Of a stretch of DNA of 62,560 bases, positions 55,450 to 62,560 are shown piece by piece. The DNA is taken from positions 17,006 through 79,565 of the forward strand of contig CAYLVY010000003.1 of NCBI GenBank assembly GCA_964387205.1, in the 5' to 3' direction. Origin of the DNA: an uncultured Draconibacterium sp. (lineage in GTDB: Bacteria; Bacteroidota; Bacteroidia; Bacteroidales; FEN-979). The notes beneath the pieces were generated by a model. The model saw nothing but the letters and a program-made list of their open reading frames with translations. It was not told the origin of the DNA and ran no database searches. Numbering within the stretch: the first letter of the stretch is position 1; each line of letters starts with the position of its first letter. The translations under genes and the position numbers were made by a program.

Positions 55450-56062
55450 TTCCCTGATCCGGCGCCTGACGCCTGAATCATCATTTTTCAAAAGAAACAG
55501 GACCGTCATCAGGTTTCTGGTAAGATTGGTGACAGCCCTGTTGATCTATTTTGTCCTCATCACCCTGATCAAATCCAACCCTGCCTGGGATCGGTACTTT
55601 AAAACTTCAGGACCTGTCTACGCCCTTTCAGCAGCCTCCGCCCATACTACCCGTGAGGCCCTGAACCTGTCAGGCTATGAAGCCGAAGTCCATTATTCCT
55701 ATGCCTATACCGACGTGATCGGCCAGGGAGTTTTTGTGGTCAATATACCCGGCAGCGACGGAATATGGATAGGAGGCCATTGCCTTGGACTAAAATTGCT
55801 GGGAATTTTCGTCATTCTGATTGCAGCCTTCCCGGGCCGGTTGCGAAGAAAAATCTGGTTCATCGCCGGCGGGATAACCCTTATCGAAGCGATCTATATT
55901 TGGCGACTGGCCTACCTTGTGGTAGTCAGCAAAAAAGTCGCCGAAAGCGGGGCAGACTTCAACATGGCAGCTTTTTCGGGTCAGGTTCACGACTATCTCA
56001 ACCTGGGATTGTATATCCTGATCATTATCCTTTTCTTTCTTTACGCCCGTTTTGTAGCCTGA
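55439..56062 (+). CDS. Exosortase/archaeosortase-family-like membrane protein
   Basis: 207 aa with 4 TM helices. GGHCLGLKLLGIFVILIAAFPG (Cys115), IEAIYIWRLAYL (Arg156) and VHDY (His184) have XrtF-like order and spacing. Confidence 0.55.
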   Translation: MVPDSLIRRLTPESSFFKRNRTVIRFLVRLVTALLIYFVLITLIKSNPAWDRYFKTSGPVYALSAASAHTTREALNLSGYEAEVHYSYAYTDVIGQGVFVVNIPGSDGIWIGGHCLGLKLLGIFVILIAAFPGRLRRKIWFIAGGITLIEAIYIWRLAYLVVVSKKVAESGADFNMAAFSGQVHDYLNLGLYILIIILFFLYARFVA

Positions 56063-56241
56063 ACCGGGAAGTAAAACGCAATGGAACATTCATCTGTTGC
56101 GTACCAAACCCCTATTCCGTCAAAGAAGTTAAAAGATATTCACAATATTTTTTCAGGTACTTCTTGACAGAAGGAAAAAATTGTTGTATCATTGCAGAAT
56201 TATTTTAATATTATTTTAATATCTTTTTAAAAAGTAAAATT

Positions 56242-57111
56242 ATGGAACGTATTAAAGAAAAATCAACCATGTCGGGCTATATTGCCATCCTGGTTAGCCT
56301 GTTGATGATCGCCCTTGGGGTATGCGGGATGGTCTGGTTCAACCATCTGGTTTCGGGAATTGTGGTCTCGTTGCTCCTGATCCTTGCGGGCGTGTTTATT
56401 ACCGGAGGATTGCTGGTGGTCAACCCGAACGAATCCTCGGTACTGGTGCTGTTTGGCGCTTACAAAGGTACAATCCGCCAAAACGGATTTTTCTGGGTGA
56501 ATCCTTTCTATCACCGGAAGAAAATCTCCCTGAGGGCCCGCAACCTGAACCGTGAACCTATCAAAGTAAATGACAGACTGGGGAACCCGATCATGATCGG
56601 CATCGTGCTGGTATGGCGTGTGGAGGAGACCTTCAAAGCCGCCTTTGAGGTAGATGATTACAGCCATTTTGTGGATATTCAAAGTGAATCGGCCACGCGA
56701 AAACTTGCAGGGCATTATGCTTACGACAACTTCGACGATGAGCAGCAGGAGATCACCCTTCGCTCAGGCGGAGAGGAGGTCAACCACGCCCTGGAGACTG
56801 AATTGTCAGAGCGGCTGGCGATGGCCGGGATCAAGGTGCTCGAAGCGCGGATCAGTTATCTGGCATATGCTTCCGAGATCGCAGGGGCGATGTTGCGCCG
56901 TCAGCAAGCGACTGCGGTAGTAGCGGCCCGTACCAAGATCGTGGAAGGAGCGGTTAGTATGGTAGAACTTGCACTGGATCAGCTCAGTAAAAAGAAAGTG
57001 GTGGCGTTGGACGAAGACAAAAAAGCGACGATGGTAAGCAACCTGATGGTGGTGTTGTGCTCCGACAAGGACACCACTCCGGTGGTGAATACCGGAACCC
57101 TGCATCAATAA
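56242..57111 (+). CDS. SPFH/band-7 (stomatin-prohibitin) domain membrane protein
   Basis: Two N-terminal TM helices, then an SPFH-like core (VNPNESSVLVLFGAYKGTIRQNGFFWVNPF...) and a coiled-coil tail. Confidence 0.75.
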   Translation: MERIKEKSTMSGYIAILVSLLMIALGVCGMVWFNHLVSGIVVSLLLILAGVFITGGLLVVNPNESSVLVLFGAYKGTIRQNGFFWVNPFYHRKKISLRARNLNREPIKVNDRLGNPIMIGIVLVWRVEETFKAAFEVDDYSHFVDIQSESATRKLAGHYAYDNFDDEQQEITLRSGGEEVNHALETELSERLAMAGIKVLEARISYLAYASEIAGAMLRRQQATAVVAARTKIVEGAVSMVELALDQLSKKKVVALDEDKKATMVSNLMVVLCSDKDTTPVVNTGTLHQ

Positions 57112-57116
57112 AGGAT

Positions 57117-57299
57117 ATGGCGGGGAAGAAAGTATTTATGCTGAGGGTCAACCCTGAGGTTTATGAAGCCCTGGAGAAGTGGGCAGCGGATGAATTCAGG
57201 TCGGTCAATGGTCAGATCGAATGGATCCTGGATTCGGCATTGAAACAACACAGGAGGACACCCGGCGAAAAAACAGAAGAGGAGGAGACAAAGCCCTGA
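57117..57299 (+). CDS. Arc/MetJ-type ribbon-helix-helix protein
   Basis: 60 aa. KKVFMLRVNPEVYEALEKWAADEFRSVNGQIEWIL fits an RHH fold. The start is refined to the ATG at 57117. Confidence 0.6.
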   Translation: MAGKKVFMLRVNPEVYEALEKWAADEFRSVNGQIEWILDSALKQHRRTPGEKTEEEETKP

Positions 57300-57323
57300 A
57301 CCGATCGGTTCCCGGCTCAGTGT

Positions 57324-57593
57324 TTACGCTTTGCCAAAGAGGCGCTGTAGGAAGGTCCTGTTCTTTCTGGCTGATTCCTTATCGTCGGAATAATAGCCAT
57401 AGCCATAACCGTAGCCGTAACCCGATCCGTAGCCGTAACCGTAGCCATAGCCATAACCGTAGCCATAACCGTAGCCGTAGCCGTAGGAACTTCTGTCGAG
57501 CCGCACGTCGTTGATGAGGATAGCCAGGTGGGGGAGTCCCCGTGTCTCCATATCGTAGATAATCGAATCGAATATCTGCTTATTGGTATATCC
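57324..57593 (-). pseudogene. C-terminal segment of the second Wzc-like kinase (last kinase strand plus the (YG)n Tyr cluster), cut off by an in-frame TAG
   Basis: It is in the same frame as 57594-59810. It reads GYTNKQIFDSIIYDMETRGLPHLAILINDVRLDRSS(YG)10SG(YG)4YYSDD..., the expected continuation of a BY-kinase after ...LFLAR. Confidence 0.75.
57390..57485 (-). repeat. Imperfect 6-bp microsatellite (TAYGGN)n encoding (YG)10-SG-(YG)4-YY
   Basis: A direct codon-by-codon reading gives 16 Tyr within 32 residues. Confidence 0.9.
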
Positions 57594-59810
57594 CTACCGG
57601 GCGAGGAAGAGCGATGCATCCGCGAGCTTCATCAGCAAAAATGCATCGGTAACCAACCCAACCGGGGGTGTATCGATGATGATGTAATCATATCGCTTCT
57701 TGAGTTCCGTAAACATTTCAACACACCTTTCCGAGGCGATCAGTTCGGCGGGGTTTGGCGGGATGGGTCCCGATACAAGGATATCGAACTGATCCACACC
57801 GGAAGGGAAGATGATATCCTCCAACTTGCTTTTTCCGATGAGATACGAACTGATCCCTTCGGCATTGCTCAGGTCAAAATCCTTATGCAACTTCGGTTTT
57901 CGGAGGTCAAATCCCATCAGCAGGGTCTTTTTGCCGTACATGGCGAAAATGGAGGCCAGGTTGGTCGAGATAAAAGTCTTTCCTGCGCCCACCATATCAG
58001 CAGTGATCAGGATAGTTTGCTGTTCTTTTCCCTGCAGGAGGTAATTCAGGTTGGTACGCACCGAACGGAAGGATTCGGCGAGGGTTGACTTCGGATAATC
58101 CATCACCACCACCTTTCCTTCTTTATCGTTATGGATCACATGTCCGACAATGGGAAGCGGTGTGATTTTTTCAATGTCTTCACGGGCAATGATCTTGTCG
58201 TTAAAATAGTCTTTGCCGAAGATGTAAACCACCGGGATGATCAATCCGAGGATCAGCGCGATGATATAGTTCAGGCTCTTTTTGGGGAATACCGGGGTTT
58301 GACCTTTGATTGTGGCTTCATCCACCACTTCATTGTCGGACAGATTGGCGGCCAGGGTGATCTGTGCTTCCGAACGCTTCTGAAGAAGATAGGTATAAAT
58401 GGCGTCGGTAAGTTTGAATTTTCGTTCGATCCCAAACAGTACCCTTTGGGTTTCCGGCAAGTTATTGATGCGAAGGTTCACCATCTGCACCCGGTTGTTA
58501 ACCTCTTTCAGGGCTATATTATTGGTATTGATAGCGCTTTTGACATTTTCATACAGTGCGTTCTTGGTAGTGGCGATCTGCAGGTCAAGGGAGATCAGCC
58601 CGGGATTTTTCTCCTTGGAGTATTGCGCCATATCGGTGCGTTTCATGTACAACTCCGTCAGTTTCCGGGTAAGGTCATTCAGGATAACATTATCGATTCC
58701 CATGGTAGCCGGCACGATCAGTTCGTCCAGTTTCTGGTTTTGCTCAATGTACTCCTTCATGTTCTGGAGGTACTTCGACCTAACCATCAGGGTAGCCTTT
58801 TCATCCTGCAGCTCCATCATCTTTTCGAATACCGAACGTGCTTCGTCATCAAGGTTCATGATCTCTTTATTAGTCCTGAACTGCATCAGGGCCCTCTCGG
58901 AAGCATCGAGTGAATCGGAAATGCCCTGCAACTCTCCATCGATAAAGCTGATCGTACGGGTAGCCACCAGGTTCTTTTTTTCCAGGCCTTTGGCCATATA
59001 TTCGCGGCAGAGGGTATTCAGAAAGTCGGCCAGTTTATGGACATTACCACCTTTAAGTTTGATCTCCACGATAGAGGCTTCACGGTTGATGGGTTCTACG
59101 GTGAAAGCCTTATACTGGGATGCTAGCGCATCATAATCGTTCAAAATGAAATAGAATGTCTGGTTCAGGTCCTCCTCAGGGTTAAAATTTTCGTTCAGCA
59201 ACAGGGTAAAACGGTATCCGCCCGATTGAACAACCTGCCCGAATTTAAAGGTTTCATTGATCTGAATCTTGGCTTTTTTACCCTCAGGGGCCTTCTTCTC
59301 ATTGAAAATGTAGAAACCCACCTCCTCTCCGTCGGCAGTCAGTGAGTAGTGGTCACGTGAGAGGATGGTCAGGTAAAACCGCAAGCCTACCGGCTGAGGG
59401 AATGAACTGTCGAACGAAACGACAAAAGGGCAGTCTTTATATAGTTCCGAGGTGACAAAATTCGACTCCCGGAAATAACTGACTTCAAATCCCAGTTTTG
59501 TGACCGTACGATAGGTCAGTGCCTGAGAGGTAAGGATCCCGATCTCGTTTTGCAGGTTCTGCTGATTGTTCATCAGGCCGATCCCCAGAAGGGCGGACGG
59601 GTCGAGTTTATTTTCAGACTTATCCTTGACCAGGAGCGTGGCTTTAACCTCGTAGACCGGTTTGGTATATTTGTTGAACACAAAGGCGAGAACCAGCGCT
59701 ATGAAAATGGTGATGGCAAAGAAATACCAGTAACGGTATATTTTAAAAAGCAGCACTTTATAATCAATGGACTGATCCTGCTGATTGAAATCCTGAAGAT
59801 GGTCGTTCAC
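57594..59810 (-). CDS. wzc: Wzc/GumC-family polysaccharide co-polymerase / BY-kinase (truncated at an in-frame TAG)
   Basis: 738 aa. Two TM helices and a coiled-coil periplasmic domain. Walker A ADMVGAGKT, A' LLMGFDLRKP and B IIIDTPPVG. Ends ...ADASLFLAR-TAG (57594-57596). Confidence 0.85.
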   Translation of the reverse strand: MNDHLQDFNQQDQSIDYKVLLFKIYRYWYFFAITIFIALVLAFVFNKYTKPVYEVKATLLVKDKSENKLDPSALLGIGLMNNQQNLQNEIGILTSQALTYRTVTKLGFEVSYFRESNFVTSELYKDCPFVVSFDSSFPQPVGLRFYLTILSRDHYSLTADGEEVGFYIFNEKKAPEGKKAKIQINETFKFGQVVQSGGYRFTLLLNENFNPEEDLNQTFYFILNDYDALASQYKAFTVEPINREASIVEIKLKGGNVHKLADFLNTLCREYMAKGLEKKNLVATRTISFIDGELQGISDSLDASERALMQFRTNKEIMNLDDEARSVFEKMMELQDEKATLMVRSKYLQNMKEYIEQNQKLDELIVPATMGIDNVILNDLTRKLTELYMKRTDMAQYSKEKNPGLISLDLQIATTKNALYENVKSAINTNNIALKEVNNRVQMVNLRINNLPETQRVLFGIERKFKLTDAIYTYLLQKRSEAQITLAANLSDNEVVDEATIKGQTPVFPKKSLNYIIALILGLIIPVVYIFGKDYFNDKIIAREDIEKITPLPIVGHVIHNDKEGKVVVMDYPKSTLAESFRSVRTNLNYLLQGKEQQTILITADMVGAGKTFISTNLASIFAMYGKKTLLMGFDLRKPKLHKDFDLSNAEGISSYLIGKSKLEDIIFPSGVDQFDILVSGPIPPNPAELIASERCVEMFTELKKRYDYIIIDTPPVGLVTDAFLLMKLADASLFLAR

Positions 59811-59818
59811 GGGAGAAT

Positions 59819-60607
59819 CTATTTGAAATAATTAATGAGCAGTAGTGTGGTGGAAACGGAGGACAATACGATAGCCCATGGGAAGGTGGATCCCAGCCCC
59901 CAGCGTTTGTACCCCAATGGGGGAACATAGAGGATATCATTGGGCTGCAGATAGTAATAGGGGGAATAGAGGATTTCATGCCGGTTAAGGTCAAGGTTGA
60001 TTACAACGGAACCCTCTTTGGTCTTCCTCACCAGCGCCACTTTACCACGGTTGGCAAATTCACTCATATCACCGGCCTGGGCAATCGCCTGGAAAATGTT
60101 GACCTGATTCTGATAAAAGGTCAGTTCCCCGGGCCGTCCAACCTCCCCCATCACGGTTACCTTGAAATTGACCAGTTTCACCACCACCGCAACCTCTTTC
60201 ATATATTCACTTACCAGTTTTTGGATCAATTCATTGACCTCACCAATGGTCTTTCCTGCAACCAACACTTTCCCGATGATCGGAAACTCGATATGGCCAT
60301 TATCATCCACCGAATAACTGTTGAGATAAATGGAGGCATCATTGGCATAGTCGTTGTATGACCCGCCTGAAACACTTTGCTTGTTGAAATACAAAGATGC
60401 ATTGGGGTCCAGAGAGTAGACCCGGATATATAAATTATCCCTGACCTGGATGATATAATTCTTGTCATTCTGAAGCGATGGGGCAAGGGTGGTATCCCCT
60501 GCCACCTGTTTCTGAAGGTATTTGATCTTTTTTTGCGGAACACAGGAAGAAAACACAACCAGTCCAGTCATGAGAAGTAGTGCCAGCCTGAGCATCAGAT
60601 ATTTCAT
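59819..60607 (-). CDS. wza: Outer-membrane polysaccharide export lipoprotein (Wza/OPX family), second copy
   Basis: Lipobox VVFSSC. YIIQVRDNLYIRVYS Poly_export motif and an SLBB-like region. The start is refined to the ATG at 60607. The ORF track begins at 60694. Confidence 0.8.
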   Translation of the reverse strand: MKYLMLRLALLLMTGLVVFSSCVPQKKIKYLQKQVAGDTTLAPSLQNDKNYIIQVRDNLYIRVYSLDPNASLYFNKQSVSGGSYNDYANDASIYLNSYSVDDNGHIEFPIIGKVLVAGKTIGEVNELIQKLVSEYMKEVAVVVKLVNFKVTVMGEVGRPGELTFYQNQVNIFQAIAQAGDMSEFANRGKVALVRKTKEGSVVINLDLNRHEILYSPYYYLQPNDILYVPPLGYKRWGLGSTFPWAIVLSSVSTTLLLINYFK

Positions 60608-60626
60608 AGTGGTTGAAATTGAGGGG

Positions 60627-60634
60627 CAAAGGTA
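60627..60634 (-). promoter_or_regulatory. Candidate -7 box (TACCTTTG on the minus strand) upstream of the second wza
   Basis: The plus strand reads CAAAGGTA, an exact TAnnTTTG on the minus strand. It lies 20 nt upstream of the ATG at 60607. Confidence 0.35.
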
Positions 60635-60911
60635 CGAAAAAACTCTTGTGAAAGGATTTACCGGGACAACATAAACCATCTTATTGATTTTCAATTTATC
60701 TCATTTGACAACCCGCTGTTTTTCTGTAGTTTAGAATAGCACAGAATCACCATGTTCATGCAGATCACGTGAATACCAGGGTGATCACTTTCTGATTTTT
60801 TTGGATACATTAAAGTCGTGAACCTGACATTACTCATCAGAACCCCGGTGCATTCCAGACAGTCCATCGGCCATTGTTTGTCTCACGGCAAAACAGGTCC
60901 GATTGTCAGGA

Positions 60912-61136
60912 TCAGTGCTGCTTTTTAATCTCAGCATAGATATCGGTAATCGTCTTACGGTAAAAGGCGGGCGCTTCGAGATAGCCCCAGCCGAACTCCA
61001 TTTCCATAATACCACCAAGGGCGGTATCATCCGAGGTGACGATCCCATGCGGAATGCCGCGGTCGGTCAGGATCTCTGCGAGCAATCCTGCCTCAAATTC
61101 GTTGCTCAGTACCAGTATTTTTTCGTAGTTTTCCAT
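60912..61136 (-). CDS. Small DUF2007-like (putative signal-transducing) protein
   Basis: 74 aa. EKILVLSNEFEAGLLAEILTDRGIPH resembles the DUF2007 pattern. The start is refined to the ATG at 61136. Confidence 0.45.
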   Translation of the reverse strand: MENYEKILVLSNEFEAGLLAEILTDRGIPHGIVTSDDTALGGIMEMEFGWGYLEAPAFYRKTITDIYAEIKKQH

Positions 61137-61181
61137 GTCGCTTAATTTTTGTCTAATATACAACGATTTCCCATAAGTACC

Positions 61182-61787
61182 TCATGATTTCACGGTTTTC
61201 TGAAAGGGATTGAGCATGGAGAAGATTGATTTATGGCTACGGTCGAAATAACCGCCGCTGACAACTTTCACTTCATCAATAGTATAGAATGCAGCAGGGT
61301 TATGTTCTTTAATGATGTCAATCACATGCTGAACCTCTTTCCTCCGGATGGTGGTAAACAACATTTTGGTAGGCCCCAGCATTCCGTCCACCGGCACCAC
61401 TGTAACCCCAAAATTTTCGGCCCTCAGGTGTGCAATCAGTTCGGTGGTGTCCTTTTGTGGAATAACCCTGATCACCACGGTTCCTATCGACAGTTTCTCT
61501 TCGAGCAGGATGCCGAAATAGTTTCCGGCGGCATATCCGCCGGCGTAGGCGATATAACAGAAAATATTGTCAAGATGCTGCATGATCTGACCTATCGCTA
61601 TCAGCCAGATAAAAGATTCGAAAAAGGCAAAAAGTGGCGCCAGGCGTTTCATTCCCTTGGCCGCGAAGATCAGTCGCAGTGTTCCGATCGACTGGTCGAC
61701 GATCCTGAAGGTAAATATCAGCAATGGCAGTACGATGAAAGTGAAGGTATCGCTGTCGACCAGCGTTGCAAAGTAATTGAAATTCAT
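61182..61787 (-). CDS. UPF0316 / DUF2179 family membrane protein
   Basis: Three N-terminal TM helices (RIVDQSIGTLRLIFAAKG motif) plus a C-terminal DUF2179-like soluble domain (VIRVIPQKD...TTIRRKEV...FYTIDEV). Confidence 0.75.
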   Translation of the reverse strand: MNFNYFATLVDSDTFTFIVLPLLIFTFRIVDQSIGTLRLIFAAKGMKRLAPLFAFFESFIWLIAIGQIMQHLDNIFCYIAYAGGYAAGNYFGILLEEKLSIGTVVIRVIPQKDTTELIAHLRAENFGVTVVPVDGMLGPTKMLFTTIRRKEVQHVIDIIKEHNPAAFYTIDEVKVVSGGYFDRSHKSIFSMLNPFQKTVKS

Positions 61788-61805
61788 ATGATTAATGATT
61801 AGTGA

Positions 61806-62129
61806 TTATCCGGATGAAAGTTTTAGACCAACAATCCCTGCGACGATGAGGGTAGCGGAAAGTATCCGGAAGAACCCTGCGGGATCATGAAACCAAAGGA
61901 TGCCAACTCCGAATGCTCCGACCGCTCCTATACCGGTCCAGATGGCATAGGCTGTTCCCATCGGGATGCTTTTTTGTGCCAGCCACAGAAAATACCCGCT
62001 CAGGGCCATACTGGCCACTGAAAAGAGCAGCCACCAGAAACGGGAACCCGGATGGTTCTGCGACAATTTCATGCCGAGCGGCCATCCGATTTCGAAAACA
62101 CCCGCGATGATCAGAAATATCCAGGACAT
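61806..62129 (-). CDS. sugE: SMR-family small multidrug/guanidinium exporter (SugE/Gdx-like)
   Basis: 107 aa with 4 TM helices. MSWIFLIIAGVFEIGWPLGMK contains the conserved membrane Glu. GTAYAIWTGIGAVG. Confidence 0.88.
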   Translation of the reverse strand: MSWIFLIIAGVFEIGWPLGMKLSQNHPGSRFWWLLFSVASMALSGYFLWLAQKSIPMGTAYAIWTGIGAVGAFGVGILWFHDPAGFFRILSATLIVAGIVGLKLSSG

Positions 62130-62180
62130 AGGTTACATTCCGGCGTAGAAAAGGCCTCCGGAATGCAAAGGTAGTAAAAA

Positions 62181-62450
62181 TCAGTGGTCATTGTGCCTGA
62201 CCGGCCGGGCGGCAAAGGTGAAATACCGGCGGAGACGGTTGATGAACTGAACCGTGACATAACCGGAAAGGAAGACTACCACTCCCATTGTAAGGCCCGG
62301 ATGAGAGGTGACCATTTTTTCTGCATACTCAGAAAAAATATTGAAAACCAGATGAAAAGAGTGAAGGAGAGGATCAGTGATCATGGGAAGCGCAGCAATA
62401 AGGACCTGAAAAATATCAAAGGAAGCAAGGATATTTGAAATTGTTTCCAT
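62181..62450 (-). CDS. Small hypothetical membrane protein
   Basis: 89-aa ORF with two hydrophobic segments, on the same strand upstream of sugE. No recognisable motif. Confidence 0.4.
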   Translation of the reverse strand: METISNILASFDIFQVLIAALPMITDPLLHSFHLVFNIFSEYAEKMVTSHPGLTMGVVVFLSGYVTVQFINRLRRYFTFAARPVRHNDH

Positions 62451-62560
62451 GGGGATGAATTTTGATCAAAAATAGTGCGGAACAGACCGGGTGTAAATTT
62501 CTTTTCGACGAATCACCGAAAAGAGGGGGTGAACAGCGATAACATGAAGACAGAATCGAA

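Noticed and set aside
57324-57551. Treating the 75-aa (YG)n ORF as an independent glycine/tyrosine-rich structural protein gene.
   Set aside because: The sequence upstream of its ATG, back to the TAG, is in frame and homologous to BY-kinase domains. It is therefore the severed C-terminus of wzc. Independent translation is retained only as an alternative hypothesis.
57594-57596. In-frame TAG read as a reassigned or recoded sense codon (for example pyrrolysine-type or a genome-wide reassignment).
   Set aside because: TAG is used as an ordinary terminator for other well-supported genes in this window (wza at 842-844 and CBM48 at 26207-26209). No recoding machinery is visible.
60824-60840. CUGAUGAG on the minus strand, suggesting a hammerhead ribozyme core.
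   Set aside because: No downstream GAAA box and no compatible stem II/III arrangement appears in the following 60 nt.
60608-60911. Invertible (phase-variable) promoter upstream of the second wza-wzc pair, as in Bacteroides capsule loci.
   Set aside because: Only 6-bp inverted repeats were found. There are no long flanking inverted repeats and no nearby recombinase gene.
62130-62560. Guanidine riboswitch upstream of the SugE/Gdx-like gene.
   Set aside because: I could not recognise ykkC, mini-ykkC (paired ACGR loops) or ykkC-III conserved cores on the minus strand. The sugE upstream gap is only 51 nt, and the window ends shortly after the next ORF.

Overview
This is a Bacteroidota-type chromosomal window. 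It shows exact TAnnTTTG -7 promoter boxes, lipobox lipoproteins, a T9SS C-terminal sorting domain, a CarboxypepD_reg-type TonB receptor and LytTR/sigma-54 regulators. I found no rRNA, tRNA, CRISPR array, transposase or integrase.

Layout:
1. 35-19932: an 18-gene, single-strand surface-polysaccharide locus. It encodes Wza, a Wzc-like protein, gmd-fcl (GDP-fucose), a Wzm/Wzt ABC exporter, nine glycosyltransferases, an acetyltransferase, a Wzy/ligase-like membrane protein and a divergent cis-prenyltransferase. It ends in a tandem palindromic repeat.
2. 20.0-24.1 kb: a lipoprotein plus a TonB-dependent receptor.
3. 24.2-34.1 kb: a mixed region with START, GT4, stand-alone CBM48, CHAD and MORN proteins, a TPR-PAS histidine kinase, an MFS transporter coupled to a nucleotidyltransferase, and an outer-membrane beta-barrel.
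4. 34.1-42.7 kb: a PAP2-like protein, rpoN, a LytS/LytTR pair, and a TolC / MacA-like / ABC efflux set.
5. 42.85-50.17 kb: a six-gene hydrogenase-4-like membrane complex in HyfB-C-E-F-G-I order. All four NiFe cysteines of the large subunit and all four proximal [4Fe-4S] cysteines of the NuoB-like subunit are substituted. I read it as an Ehr-type (hydrogenase-related, non-hydrogenase) complex of unknown function. This is the strongest candidate for a novel system.
6. 50.15-52.44 kb: a CxxCH lipoprotein plus a 631-aa secreted protein.
7. 52.78-56.06 kb: a tight four-gene operon. It encodes a secreted protein, a T9SS cargo and a 91-aa protein with a signal peptide and a C-terminal anchor. That small gene overlaps an exosortase-like membrane protein carrying Cys/Arg/His. 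This is the second candidate system.
8. 56.2-62.5 kb: an SPFH protein and an Arc-like protein. Next comes a second Wza/Wzc pair whose wzc carries an in-frame TAG just before the (YG)n tyrosine tail. DUF2007-like, UPF0316 and SugE genes and a small membrane protein follow.

All calls rest on reading the translated ORFs and the DNA by eye. No database search was run.
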